Assembly: GCA_002189035.1 (NCBI GenBank)
Contig: CM007989.1
Location: 5,580,001 to 5,644,000 of the forward strand
DNA: 64,000 nt
Direction: 5' to 3'
Origin: Utricularia gibba
Taxonomy: Eukaryota; Plantae; Magnoliophyta
Positions 12,976 to 26,057 of this stretch are shown piece by piece. Below the pieces are notes generated by a model. It was given only the letters and a program-made list of their open reading frames with translations, did no database searches and was not told the DNA's origin. Position 1 is the stretch's first letter. Each line of letters starts with the position of its first letter. The position numbers were made by a program, and so were the translations under genes.

Positions 12976-14923
12976 ACACATTAAGTATATTTGATTGTGC
13001 AAGTGTAGTAAATAGAAGAAAAACTCATAAAATAACAAAAAAATGAAAATAAAAAAGAACAAAAGGGAAAATTCATAGGAATGCAATTTATTGGAAATGG
13101 CATCGAAAACAATGATAATTCTACAAGTGCATAAGGTTGTAGAAAGCAGTAAAATTGGATAACAATAATTTAGAAGAATTTAAAAAAATCAAAGATATTT
13201 AAACAGTAGGAAATAAAATCTATTAAGAATAATAAAGAAAGTTGTAAGAAGTTACAAAGATTTCAAAAACATGTTTTTTACAAAATCGAAGGTGCTCTCC
13301 TTGAAACCAAGTAATGATTTAGATTTTTTTTTTTATTTTGTAGGATATGTCTCATTTTATTCCTTTGGGTATGACATATAATAATATTTTAGGTTAAAAG
13401 ATCTCAAGATGATAATTTGTTCGCCACCATATACAAAACCCCTCACTTCAAGGATTTTGGATGTTATGAACACCTTGTTTTTTTTTTATCTTTTGCACTT
13501 TTAAAATTTTTAATCAAACTATATATGCACAAGCATCTCTTAGCTAAAGGTATTAAGTGAAACTGTGTTTGCACAAATTTTCACGTGTGATAATGTTTTA
13601 CTATTCGATACTTAATTTGAGCTGTAATTTTTTTTTGACTTTGGTATCATTTTCCTTCTCATGAATATTTTATAGCAATAAATCCTAACTTGTCTATGAA
13701 TGTGAATTTTAATGTTATAATTAGAGGAGAAATGCTTTTCAATGAGTGAATAATCGTTATAAATAACACAAATATCATTATTTAACACAATATTTTTAAA
13801 ACTTGCACAAGAAAGAATCAAACTTGAGGTTTACTTAAACGTACCAGACATATAGAACACTAGTGAACCTCAGAATCAGAGTCATTGTTTTTTATTAATT
13901 TAAAATCAAATTTTGTTATATTTTGTTGAATCTTAGTTTCTTATTTTGAAATAAACTTTTTCAGTATTTTTCCTTTTTTTTACTTTTTATTTTATTATTT
14001 TGATATTTTTTGTACGTTTGCATAATTACAAATGAAGCACGGGTATGGAATTTTAGCGTTGAATTTCATATTAAAAAATCAAATGAGGAAACAGGTCGTA
14101 CCACCCTCCAACGTCCACTAGTGCGGACGTGGCAATAAAAAAATAAAAAACAAGTAAAAAGGTAAAAAAAGGAAAAAAAATCCTAAGTGGCGTTTTCTGC
14201 ACTTTGTCACCTAGCGGCTAGTACAGTAGCGTCTCCGTGATTTGTGAAAACAAGAAACAAAAAATCTTTCAGGTGCGGATGCCTGAGTTGAGTTATTTCT
14301 CGCGGTGAACTCCACCGCTTCCACCTGTTACTGCTGCGCGCATTCTTCTGCTACTGTCTCACTTGATCTGGCATTGTGAGTTGCTAACTTTTTTTCTTTT
14401 CTTTCCAGTCTTCCGCTTATTTTTCCATTGAATTGAGTTACGGATTTTAGTGGCGGTGTGTTGTTTTTTTGCTAGGATTTGTAGCTAATTGCTCCAAATG
14501 TACGGAAATTAGAAGATGATCAGTTCGTGCTGCGTTTATGGGTGCAAAATTGGTTAGATCTGGGAATGCTGGTTAGGAATTGGATGATTCTCGCTTTTTT
14601 GGTATCCTATTCCTTTATGTTTCTGAGGCTTTTTTGTTTTTTTTTATTTCATGGTTATTTTGAGTTGAATACCTTTTTTCCATGTGCATTTAGCTGCAAA
14701 AGTGATCCTCCAAATATTGTTAACTCGTTGTGGATTCATGATGGGCTGTTCTGGGGAATGTGATTTTAGTTACCAGTGTGTTTGTCGTATGGCTTGTCCG
14801 AGTGTAATGCTTTGTCATTTGATATTTCCAACGTAATTTTTTCTTGTGACGTTGAAGATGTTTCAACCGATCCTCATGTGAAGGGCCTACGAATACCGCT
14901 CTGATGTGACAATTGATGCAACC

Positions 14924-17900
14924 ATGAGGGCCAAAGATGCAAAAGGCACCATGGTTCAGTTGGACTACACTATTCACATCCAGGAGATCAAGCCGTGGCC
15001 ACCTTCTCAGTCACTAAAAATGCTCCGCGCCGTTCTAATTCAGTGGGAATATGGGGCAAGGAAATCCGGATCTACCAGTCAAGTGGTGCCATTAGTTGAG
15101 GCTGGGTCTAGTGTTGGAGGTGGAAGAATTGAATTCAATGAGTCCTTCAGGCTTTCTGTAATTCTCACGCGGGAAAAATCTATGAAGGCCAGGAATGGGG
15201 AACATTTTGTGAAGAACTGCATTGAGTTTAATCTGTATGAGCCACGACGAGACCAAACTACGAAAGGCCAGCTTCTTGGAACCGCTGTCCTGGACTTTTC
15301 TGATTATGGAGTCATTAATGGAAATTTGATTATTCCTTTGCCCATAAATTGCAAGAGGACATATGGTAACACTGTGCAGCCTCTTCTTTTCCTTAATCTA
15401 CAGCGTAATACAAGTCAGACAAATTCCATGAGCTATAGTGTGCTAAGAGAACCCTCGAATAAATGCAAACATGGAGTAACTGCTCCGGACATGATGGTGG
15501 AAGAAGAATGTAGGGATGAGGGTGAGGCTGCCTCATTCACTACAGATGATGATGTTTCCTCACATTCATCACTTGCTATTTCTTCTTCAGGAGCTGGTTC
15601 AAATGGTTGCTCATCCCCTCAAAATAAAAACGTAAATGCTTGATCTGCTCTTTTTTTGATTCAGGTTTTTTTTTCGATGAGCCATAGTTTTAAACTATTA
15701 AATACCAGCTTGCCTATTTTTAGCTTGTATGCAAAGCATATCAAACAATGCATGACTTTTCTTATAATTGGACACTCCGTTACAGGATGAGGGTGTGATA
15801 TCAAATTGTGTTGATGGGGGTGTGCCAAATGTCAGTGAACCAGATAAACATGATACAAAAACAGATGAGGCGCAAACCATTGACTCAGGTGTGCTTCCCA
15901 GAGTTTCGCCATCAAAATCCTCGTCAATTGATGTGTCTTCAGATATTGCATGGATCTCAAAACGAATCACATCTCAAAGCAAGCACTCCTTTGTAAAGGA
16001 AGAAGTAAGGGAACAGGATGAGTCATGCACAACAGCCACTGAGTATCATAGTGAAAGTCAGTCTACTCAACACAAAGTTGAGAAGGTTCATCATACTAAA
16101 GAGGTGAACCTTTTAGTCAGTAGTCCTTTCTTTAGAGAATCCACTTTGGAGGAAAGTGTTCCATTTACTGATGGAAACGATCTTCTAGTCGGAGGAATAA
16201 AACCATTGGCAGGTATTGACGATATTGGAGGTAAACATGTTGCTCATGCCAAAGGAATAATATTGGGGCGGGAAGAACAACGGCCTGGTGCTGTGGTCTC
16301 TTTTGGGGTTATTGTTCCATTTACTGACGGAAATGATCTTCTAGGAGGAGGAATTAAAGCATCAACAAGCGTTGACGATATTGGAGGTAAACATGCCACT
16401 CATGCAGAAGGAATAATATCAGAGCAGGGAGAACAAGGGGTCAGTGCTGTGGTCTCAGGTGATATTCCTCAGGTTGATGAACAGTTGCTGCCAAAGCTGG
16501 AAATTAATCTAGATTCTTCCAATGTTGTCAAATCAAGAAATGGGAAGTCAGTTCGATCATCACTGGACTCAAGCAGGAGTCGTGCATCAACCCAAAGCAA
16601 ATGCGTTGCTTCTCCGGATACCGTACAAAGTTCCATTAACAGTAACCTTAGAGATAGTAAATCATGTAACGATGATAAAGACACCAGAATCCGGCATTTG
16701 GAACTTAGAATGAGGCTTCTGGAGGCAGAGTTGAGGGAGGCGGCTGCAGTTGAGGCTAGCATTTATTCTGTTGTTGCTGAACATGGATATTCAATAAATA
16801 AGGTTCATACTCCAGCCAGACGCCTCTGGAGGTTCTATTCCCATACCAATAATCAATACACCGAATCATCAAGGGCTTCTGCTGCTAGAAGTGTTGTGAC
16901 TGGATTAGTTTTGGTTGCGAAGGCATGTGGCAGTGACGTACCTAGGTATGCAGCTTAGTGACCTTCACTTGATTGTTAAGTGCATTATCTGTTTATCCTA
17001 TCATCATAATGTATCTTTATAGACTCAAAAGGACATGATGCACTTTCAAAAAAGAAAACAATATTTCTTCCCTAGTGCATGAGTGCATGGTGTGTTGCTA
17101 ATAATTTTTCCAGCAATAATAGAACACTGCTGCACTTGTGTGTTTTCAGGGATTTACTGTGAGTAGCTCTTATGTGATTTAAAAATGACCCATGCTCTTT
17201 AATCAATTGTTTGCTGTGAATCATTATTGAATTCATTAGAGTTTTTTTCTTTTCCTCTCGAGATCTGGATTAGATCTCTTGCGTGTCACCTCGTAGTGAC
17301 ATTCACATTTATTGTACAGATTAACATTTTGGCTGTCAAACTCCATAGTGCTGAGAGTGATCGTGAGTATGTCTATGGTGGACAATCAGTTGCCTAATAT
17401 TTTCCGATCCGACATTCAAAAAGATGCCCTTAATGAAAAGAAGCAGTCGTCAGCTCTTAAATGGGAATCCTTAACCCGAAAGGGTGCAAGAGGTCGTGTT
17501 GCAGATCTTTATTGTGACTGGGCCAATCCCTCAACTTTTGCAGCTGCGCTGGAAAGGGTTGAGGGATGGATCTTTTCTAGAATCACCGAATCCCTTTGGT
17601 GGCAGGTAGCAAAACATCTTCACTGCATCTCCTTTTATGGCTTGGTGTCAATGCATAGAATACATGCATGCATCTATATTTTTCATTTTGGCATCCAGCA
17701 TTGCGTCATGTATTTGTTTCTTGTTTCAGACTTTTACCCCACATATGCAATCCGGTGCAGCCAGATGCATCTTCAGAAGTAGGGATTCAGGATATAGCAC
17801 AACAGGTGGAGAAAACAAAGACTCAACTGAGCAGAAGCAGACAAATTGTTCTGTTGAGCTCTGGAAAAAGGCTTTCAGGGACACGCGTGAAAGGATATGC

Positions 17901-19137
17901 CCTGTTCGTGCTGAAGGACATGACTGTGGTTGCTTCCCAGGACTCTTAAAACTGGTAATTCCTCACACAAATCACTGTCTCACCTATCAAGCATTCACAA
18001 TATGGAAAGCTCATTCGTAACTGACCAACTTGGATGTAATGATGCGCAATCTAATGCTGCTAGCAAATTGAATTATCAGATAATGGAGCAGTTAGTTTCT
18101 CGGCTTGATGTGGCTATGTTCAATGCCATCCTTCGAGAGTCTTCTTTTGAAACCCCAACAGATCCGGTTGCGGATCCCATCAGTGATGCTGAAGTTCTCC
18201 CTATCCCAACTGGGAAAGCTAGCTTTGGTGCTGGCGCTCAACTGAAAAATGCTGTCAGTATTTCCCTTTGGACTTTGCTTTTTCTTTTTTTTTTTTTTAA
18301 CTAAGGCGCCCCTTGCTTACTCGACATGGCAGATAGGGAGCTGGTCCAGATTGCTCACAGACCTCTTTGACATTGATGATGGTGATTTTCCTAAAAATGA
18401 TAGTTCAGAACTGGGTGATGATGATGATGATGAGAGAATGTCTTCTAATGACTTTTCAAAATCTTTTCATCTCCTCAATGCACTGAGCGATCTTATGATG
18501 CTCCCAAAGGACATGTTACTTAGCCAGACAATCAGACGAGAGGTTTTTACCGTAACTTGGAAGGTCTTGCAAAAGTTGCAATTATTAATACTTTTTTCTC
18601 ACCCCATATTGTGCCCCAGGTTTGTCCAGCGTTTGGTCCACCATTGATTACAAGGATTCTAAGCTCCTTCGTTCCAGACGAGTTTTGCGCTGATCCTATA
18701 CCAAGAGTTGTTTTCGAAGCCTTGAACTCAGAGGTTTGTTAAACTCACATAACCCTTAAACCTTTCATGCTCTCCTGCCAAGCAAGGTGTGTATATTTTC
18801 CTGGGCTTTGCTTTCATAGGATCCCTCCGATGCTGAAGGAGACTCGATCATAGGAATACCCTGTGCCGCAGCACCCATAGTGTATCAGGCGCCATCATCG
18901 GCATCAGTCAGCACCTTCATTCAGAAAGGCAAACATCCGGAGCTAAGTCGCAGCAGATCTTCGCTACTTCGGAAGTCGCAAACAAGCGATGACGAACTTG
19001 ATGAACTCAATTCGCCGCTGGGTGCACTCATCGCAGGCAGTGACAAGGTTTGCCCTTCGAAGAAGCTCCCCTGGGACTCAAACACCACTGGCCGGAGGCA
19101 CAGTCTACTCCGGGAGGTCTGGATGAACAGCCCATGA
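14924..19137 (+). CDS. NT-type C2 (EEIG1/EHBP1 N-terminal) domain protein with conserved plant C-terminal domain, 8 coding exons, ~1064 aa
   Basis: Exons 14924-15631, 15786-16945, 17320-17605, 17730-17954, 18080-18253, 18333-18542, 18620-18733, 18820-19137 (3195 nt, in frame, GT-AG). N-terminal motifs IHIQEIKPWPPSQSL and IEFNESF; C-terminal ELREAAAVEASIYSVVAEHG, ARRLWRFY, LTFWLSN, MFNAILRES and LSDLMMLPKDML. Resembles the Arabidopsis At3g01810 family (recalled, not searched). First in-frame ATG is 14924; the track start 14906 is GTG. Confidence 0.9.
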
Positions 19138-19389
19138 GGCAGAGCGGCCGGAGACAATATGTCTATCTACTTGCTCCATGTAATTAATATTGAAGGAACT
19201 GTGTTCCCCTGATTTTCCAGAGTAGGTTGGTAAACCTTTCTTTCCACTGTTTGGCTTATAGATCACTATCTTCGTCTGGTTACACACTCTTTCAAGGCTC
19301 CTACTAAAGCTACAAAAATTGGGACTGATTCTTTTCCATCGAAGCACACCACCGGAGTTGCAACTTGCACCCCATCACGAGGTGGTTAA

Positions 19390-20661
19390 CTACGCATTGG
19401 GTTGGCACAAACTCAGCTTCTTAGATGGGTTTGAACCACAGGTCAGGTTGGTGAGACGAAGTGCAGCCAGCAGACCCTGCCAGGTGTCTCCAGACCCAGT
19501 GGACATACTGAAATTGAAAAGCTTCCTCTGCTGCTTGTAGTATTCCTCCAGCGGCTTCCTCTGAAACATGAACAACAACCCCTTCAAAGTTGCACCCTTT
19601 TCGTGATACATCATAGAATCTAAGGTATATATTCTTTATGTTTTGTTGATGGTGAAGAGCAGGAAGTCTGTTACCTGTTCAGCGTACATGCGAAGCTTCT
19701 CCTTCCAAACTGCGTCCAGTCCAGCGTTTGGTTGCCGAAGATGCGCTGGCCGGAGGTTGAAGCTAAGATTGAGGCCCGTAGCAGTGGAGATTGGTTGGAA
19801 CTCTGAAGGAGAGAAGCTTGCACTGCTTGAATGCTGCTTCATCACGGACTCATCGGCGGTTTTGAGATTGAGAACCAAATCTATCTCTGCAACCTCGTCA
19901 AGTATCTCCTGGGAACCCACAAAACAGAATAGCATAAACAACACCAACAGAATCTTAAAGACACATGCCCATGGGACTACATTTGTCACCAGGGTAAGGG
20001 GCGTAGGTATCTTGAACATCAAGAAGGAAGAACAGAATCTCTTACAGCTTGCATCGTTGTTCTGGGAATTCCATGTAAAATGAATCCGGTTTCACCTCTG
20101 CAGTATCCTTCCTCCAGTCTCTTGGACAGAAGTGAAAATATCACGTCCTCCGGCACTAATTTCCCGTCATTGACGGCGGATGCTATCTGGTAAGGACATC
20201 ACCCGCATGGTAAAAACCAGACAAAGGAAACTCCAAATTGATAAGAATTCGTATAACAATTACTCCACATTGGATGCGGAAAATCAAAGCTATGACCTAG
20301 AATTAGTGCCAACCTTTTTATATAGTGGAGAATTCGGGTTGAGCTCCTGTCGGACGAGAGACCCCATAGATATATAAGGAACATCCAAAATCATCGCAAG
20401 TCTCTGGGCGTAAAAATGGCTTCTCACCAATGGATCCCCCATGATCACCCACTGGACCCCTCTGCCGAACACCTCGCCTTCATCCGATTCCTCCACAACT
20501 CGCAACTTCATCTTCGGTTTCGGTTCCCAGTCATCGTCATAGCAACCATGAAAATCCAGGTCCAAGGCCGCCGCCGCCGCTGATCCGTAGCGACGGATTT
20601 CAGGTCGGTGGAGACGAACAAAACTACGCGATGCTACCGCGAGACGGGTGAGCACAGTCAT
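19390..20661 (-). CDS. AK7: Adenylate kinase 7-like P-loop protein, probably mitochondrial, 4 exons, ~297 aa
   Basis: Exons 20661-20314, 20186-20046, 19908-19675, 19560-19390 (894 nt). Arg/Ser/Ala-rich presequence, then GRGVQWVIMG, VPYISMGSLVRQEL, LLSKRLEEGYCRGETGFILHGIPRT, LEEYYKQQRKL and DTWQGLLAAL, as in At3g01820-like proteins. Confidence 0.9.
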
Positions 20662-23600
20662 GGCGGCGCACGAGCAGAAACGAACGGTTTTTTGCAAGAA
20701 GGGTTTCGGGGACGGAACTTAAAATTGCAATCGCAATGTACCTGAACGGGTGGGATTCCCCATAAATAAAATTTGACCATACCTCCTCCACATATTACAT
20801 TTTTGTACCCCAAATACCGATATGTAACTTATTAGAAAAATTGGCACTAATCACAGTGTTTTTCCTTTAAAAAAATGGTCGTTCTCCTCTTTTTCTACTT
20901 TGAACATGAGAATCGTTGTCATTTAAAGAACATTCATGATGAGAGATCTTCGTTTTTTAGTATGATTAATTATCTAGAAAGACAATTTATCAACAAAAGG
21001 AGGAAAACTTGATTAGCATTGATGAAATTAAATTTTCAGAAACCATCACTATGCTCCAAGATTTAAAAGTTTACTTTTTTTTTTATTTACAAAATAAAGA
21101 GATAACCGTTTTGTAATAAACAACACGTAAAGTCAATTTTATTAAATACAAGAGACAAATTTACCAATTTTCTAGAAGAGCATTGGATACCCCAAAAAAC
21201 ATTAGATTGTACTTCATTGCATTTTGATGAGAGCATGTTTATCCGAAATAAGGAGAAGATGATTATACACATAAGATTAGTAATTTTCTCATTATTTCAC
21301 TTAAACTAGTCACTAAAGCAAGCAGCACGAAAAAAAAATCAGGAGCATGTTAAATGAATATGTATCAAATAACATCCCTATAAGGAACATGACACTGAAT
21401 GCAACTTATCAAAATAGACCAAATAGTGTGAAGTTAGACCCATTTCCTCCTACTTTTATTTTTCCAACCCATGAACACTATTAAAGATTTTCTTTTGAAT
21501 ATGCTAATTCTCTAGCTATATAAGAAAGATTTCACTTTAAATAATAAACATTTATGAATATAACATATTTGGAGAATAGTGTTTTTAATTTAAGTTCATA
21601 AAGAACTTTAGACTAAACAAATTTTATTTATGATATCTAATGTGATTTGTATTCGCATCTTCTTTTTGTCTATGTGAGTGTGAAAGCATATTACATATGT
21701 TGGGTTGCAAGCATATGGATTGTTTGAGCATATATGCGAGTTGTTGTTCTAATTGCACAAATTTGAGCTTGATGATCTTTTCATGTACATAATTATGAAC
21801 CACATGGTATTTTACTTGAATATGCTTCGTTCTTCCAAAGAAACTAGGATTATTCTCCATAAAGATTGCAGATTTGTTGTCAAGGTTCATTACGGTTGGC
21901 TTTTCTAGATCATTCCTACATCTATAAATAGTTTTCATATCCATATTAGATGATTTGCAGCTATTGCTGTTGTCATATACTCAGTTTCAATGGAGGATTG
22001 AGCTACTATCGCTTGTTTCTTGCTGTTCCATACAAATGGAGAGCTATCAAGGGAGAAAATGTAGCTCAATATGGACTTAAGATCACTTGCATCACCTGCA
22101 AAATCACTGCTAGAATACACTTGAAGGCAAGGATTAGTAATTTTAACATAGGTTAGACTAAGATTTGTTGCCCAATTCAAACATTTCAGAACTCATTTTT
22201 CAGCTTCAAGATACGGCTTACAAGGTTGTGTCATGAATTGTGAACCGAAGATCTAGCAGAGCCAAAGCCATATTTACAAAAATAAGTAATATCGGTCATG
22301 TTGCAGTTAGATAAATTAATGATCATATTATTCTCTTGCAATTGTGACATCTACTACATCCTCTTTGTTATCATAGAATTGCATCTTCATTTCAGATGTA
22401 ATAGGTACAACCGAAGATCTAGCAAAACCAAAGCCATATTTTTTATCAGATCTTGAGTGTACTTCCTTGAGATGCATAAATGCATGTTCGAGCTTGAATG
22501 ATTTCAAGACCTAGAAAGTAAGCATTTGTCCCATATTTGTCCACTCAAAAGTATTTTTCAATGCTTGTTTTTCAGCTTCCACAAGTGTTGGATTACCTCC
22601 AATCAGTAAGATATCATCCAAATATAGCAATATAATAACTTATTGTTCTTTGATGATTCAAAATATACAAGGTATTGTCATTTTCACTTCGTGAATAGCC
22701 TTGTTGAGTAAAGTATAGATAAATTTTAGAGTACCAAGCTCTAGGTGCTTTAAATTGTATAAAGCTTTGTGAAGCAAATAGACTTTATCTTCTTGTCCCT
22801 TAACAATAAATGTAGATAGTTGCTCTATATAAATTTATTCACTCAAGGAACCATTCAAAAACATAGATTTGATGTCGAGATGCTACATTAGCAATTTTTT
22901 TATCCTAGTAATGTCAATAATAGCTTAATGGTATCAAGACGTGCCACTGGTGCAAAGGCATCTTGGTAATCTATACATTCTCTTTGCTTGAACCGTTTAG
23001 CAACCGGTCTGGCTTTGAGTTTGCTGTTGCTTCCATTCGGGTTTAACTTTGCCATAATGCCAATTTCATTCCTTTCACTTTCTTATTTTTCTTCCTTTTC
23101 CCAATGTTCATGTCTTGTATTTTTCTATTGTCAACTGCATAGCTTCTCTCCATTTACGGTATTTTATTGCCATTTGTAGAGACATAGGTTCTGTTGGTGT
23201 TTTCATGAATCCGAAATTGACTTCAACCACTACATTAACATCGTTGTTCAACCATCCAGATGTCTTGGAAATTCGTCGACTTCATGTTATGATAGCATCT
23301 ATATTTTCATTTTTCTTGAGCTGATCGGTTTCTTCATTTTTGAGCTCTGAATGTTCACCTAATCATTGCCCTACAAGTGGTTCATTGGAATTGTCCTCCT
23401 TGCTAGTAACATAGCTTTCTATTGATGGTTCTTCAAATAGTATGTCTCCATAATGTTGTTCTACTTTCTTTGCACAGTTTCTTTCCTTAGAGTTTTGTTC
23501 TTCATACAACCTGCTCAGGTGTGTCTCATTGTTGCTTGAAGTATTTTCAATTTCTACTGCTATAGATTGCAAAGCTGGACAATTAGATGTTAGTAATTTC

Positions 23601-24153
23601 TGTATTATCTTTGTTTCTGACTTTGATAGCATTTTAGGACTCTATTCTGATACTGAATTCCGATTTATTTCTAAGGTACTTGGAGTAGTATTTGGGAAAT
23701 CATATTCTATCTCTTTTATGTGAATTTGTGAGTTCTCTGCTAATTCTTGTCCAGCTTGCTCGTTTGAGTTGTTCCTAACTATTATGGAGTTCATATCTGG
23801 CTTTCATTTAATGTTGGAAGTGTTGGAAATATATTGTACAAATTTCGTGCCTCCTTAGACAATCCTTTCCAATTTTCTTGGTTCCATGTCCTAGTTTTGT
23901 TTTCATTGAATTCCACATCTTGACTAATAAGCACTTTATTTTCCTTAGGTATCCATATGTGGTAGGCCTTGAAATTTGTTGCATATCCAATAAATATGCT
24001 CATTTTACTTTTGTTGTCTAACTTATTTTGTATTGCCTACAGAATTTGCACAAAATAGATGTTGCCAAATATCCTTAAATGCAAGACTATTGAGACTTGA
24101 TTCATCCATAATTCATATGGTATCTTGTATTCTTCAATTCCCTGAGTAGGCAG

Positions 24154-24385
24154 TGATGACACACATTTTTCCTGAAATTAATAATACAAAATAGTTATAT
24201 TTTATTATGATTTAGGTTAGATAAATGTGGTTTTTCATGTTTTAGTGATGTTTATGTTAATCTTATGTAATTATGTTGAAAAGTGGACTAAATCAAAGGA
24301 TTTAATCCACAACTTTTGTTACTAATGTTTTAGTAAGTTCAGTAGGGAGATCAGCAGAAAATCAGACTTGCAAGCGTATGAAACA
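24154..24385 (+). repeat. 5' fragment of an LTR (family C, starts TGATGACACAC) inside copia 1
   Basis: Collinear with the reverse complement of ~41200-41449; it sits where the copia integrase core is missing. Confidence 0.55.
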
Positions 24386-25561
24386 AGTGAAAAAGGGCGC
24401 AATCTTTGGTGTTGCAATCTTTGTAATGATATCCGATTATGATGACCGAATCTTCGATGCCATAATGTCATTTTTCTTTCTCTTGTGTAAATAGAGATAG
24501 TGTTGTAAGTTCTTTTGTACCCTTAAAAAAGTTGATTAGGAATACCTTGTTGATCATGAGAATATCATAATATCTTCACCTGTAGGACTGTTTATATGGC
24601 ATGCACCATTATTGAAATGAATTTCACAGTTCTTTTTAACTGGCCAGGCTTTAGCAGATTATGTGAGGTAGTTGTTGCATAAAAAACATTCTTGATTAGG
24701 ATACGTTTTGATGTGATTTCTAAAAATATTGTGCCTCTTTCCATAGTTGTGAGGAGATTTCTATTTGTTATTTCAATTTTTGTGGAGATTTGCTTGAAAT
24801 TGAGAAAGTGTTTATCATTTTCAATGTACTTTGTACTTCCACTTTCTAGTAGCCATATCCACTTTCTTGTATTACTATAGACCAGATTAGTGAGTAAATA
24901 TCAATAGTGTTCTTCTCATTTATAGCATGCTTTGATACATCATTGTTTGCTACAAAAAGGAAACCATAGTTGATTGTAACCTAATGCCTACTTTAGCTCC
25001 CATCTATCTTTGTTTTAGCACTTGCTGCATGACTTTACGTTTTATTGGGCACTCTTTCAAGATGTCCTTTTTCTTGATAGAATTGACATAATTTTTAAAA
25101 GGGTGCCAGAAACAACCATCTGATGTATGTTTCTGTTGCTTGCAATAGGGACAAGTTGGATGGGAATCGGGTACATATGTTCCTGGTTTACCAAAAACTC
25201 CACTAGTTTTTTCCATATGTAGTTAGATCCTCTCTAATTTGGTGGCTTGTTCACAAATTTTGTTGTAAAAGCCTTCTCATTGGAAAATTGAGTGTGCGTC
25301 TTGACTTCTACTCTCCTCAACTTTTGGAGAACTTTGGCATGAGTTAGTTTTTCTATGTCATGAATTTGCAGTGAGTTTATAACTGACTCATAGCACAATA
25401 GTAGTGCATGAATAATAACATCTTTAAGTATGTCTTCATTAGGTTTGGATCTTAATAGTTGCATTTTTTGAACACCTACTATAATGACATTAGTGAATTG
25501 ATCAAGAGCATTAGGAGAACTTAGCTTCTGATTATTTAGTGGTCACTAGATGTTTGTTACT

Positions 25562-25812
25562 CGGGCATCGGCATGGAGGCAGAACCTCCAACAAAGATGT
25601 CAGTATGGAGGTGCGGGTTCCCCCTCAAGCCGCACCGCATGCAGGCGGGCAAGCACTTGCGAAGTGTTAGCGCATGCTTGAGGCGCCGTAACTAGTGCGA
25701 GCGGACACGGGGCGTGGACTTGCCCGGGACGTCCGCCTGCCAGCCATGGTCGACCATGGTGACTCGCGTGGGACGCCAGCTGGTGCAACATCATGGACCA
25801 TGCGCGGGGCAG
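25562..25812. other. 251-bp GC-rich insertion of unknown origin within copia gag
   Basis: Sharp GC step against AT-rich flanks; ACT direct repeats at 25559-25561 and 25813-25815; copia gag-like translation resumes on both sides. Confidence 0.6.
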
Positions 25813-26057
25813 ACTGCTTTACTTTCAGCCGTTCCAATATAAGTGTCTTCAAGCACTTTCCATGCTTCTTTAGGAGTTTTACGTTTCAGGATGTGCTCAT
25901 ACGCTACATGAGTTACACCTTGATCAAGAATACCTCAAACTCTCTTTTCTATTCTTTTGTTGGTGATTGTTGCTTTTGCATCTTTTCTTTTGAAGACTCA
26001 ATGGTGAAGTAGTCAACAAGATCCAATTTGTCGAAGTAGTCTATCAATTTTCTAGAC

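Larger units (their letters stand above)
21600..26057 (-). mobile_element. Degenerate Ty1/copia element 1 (gag, protease, partial integrase, RT, RNase H); 5' end missing
   Basis: RNase H (YSSSDFAGD, WNSKKQAIVAQSSIETEY, DNKSAI, GRTKHI) at 21624-22180; RT at ~22500-23050; integrase tail (IFIGYATNFKAY) at ~23800-24150; LWHRRFGH at ~24450; zinc knuckle CPYCKQQKH at ~25140; gag to 26057. Many stops and frameshifts. Confidence 0.85.
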
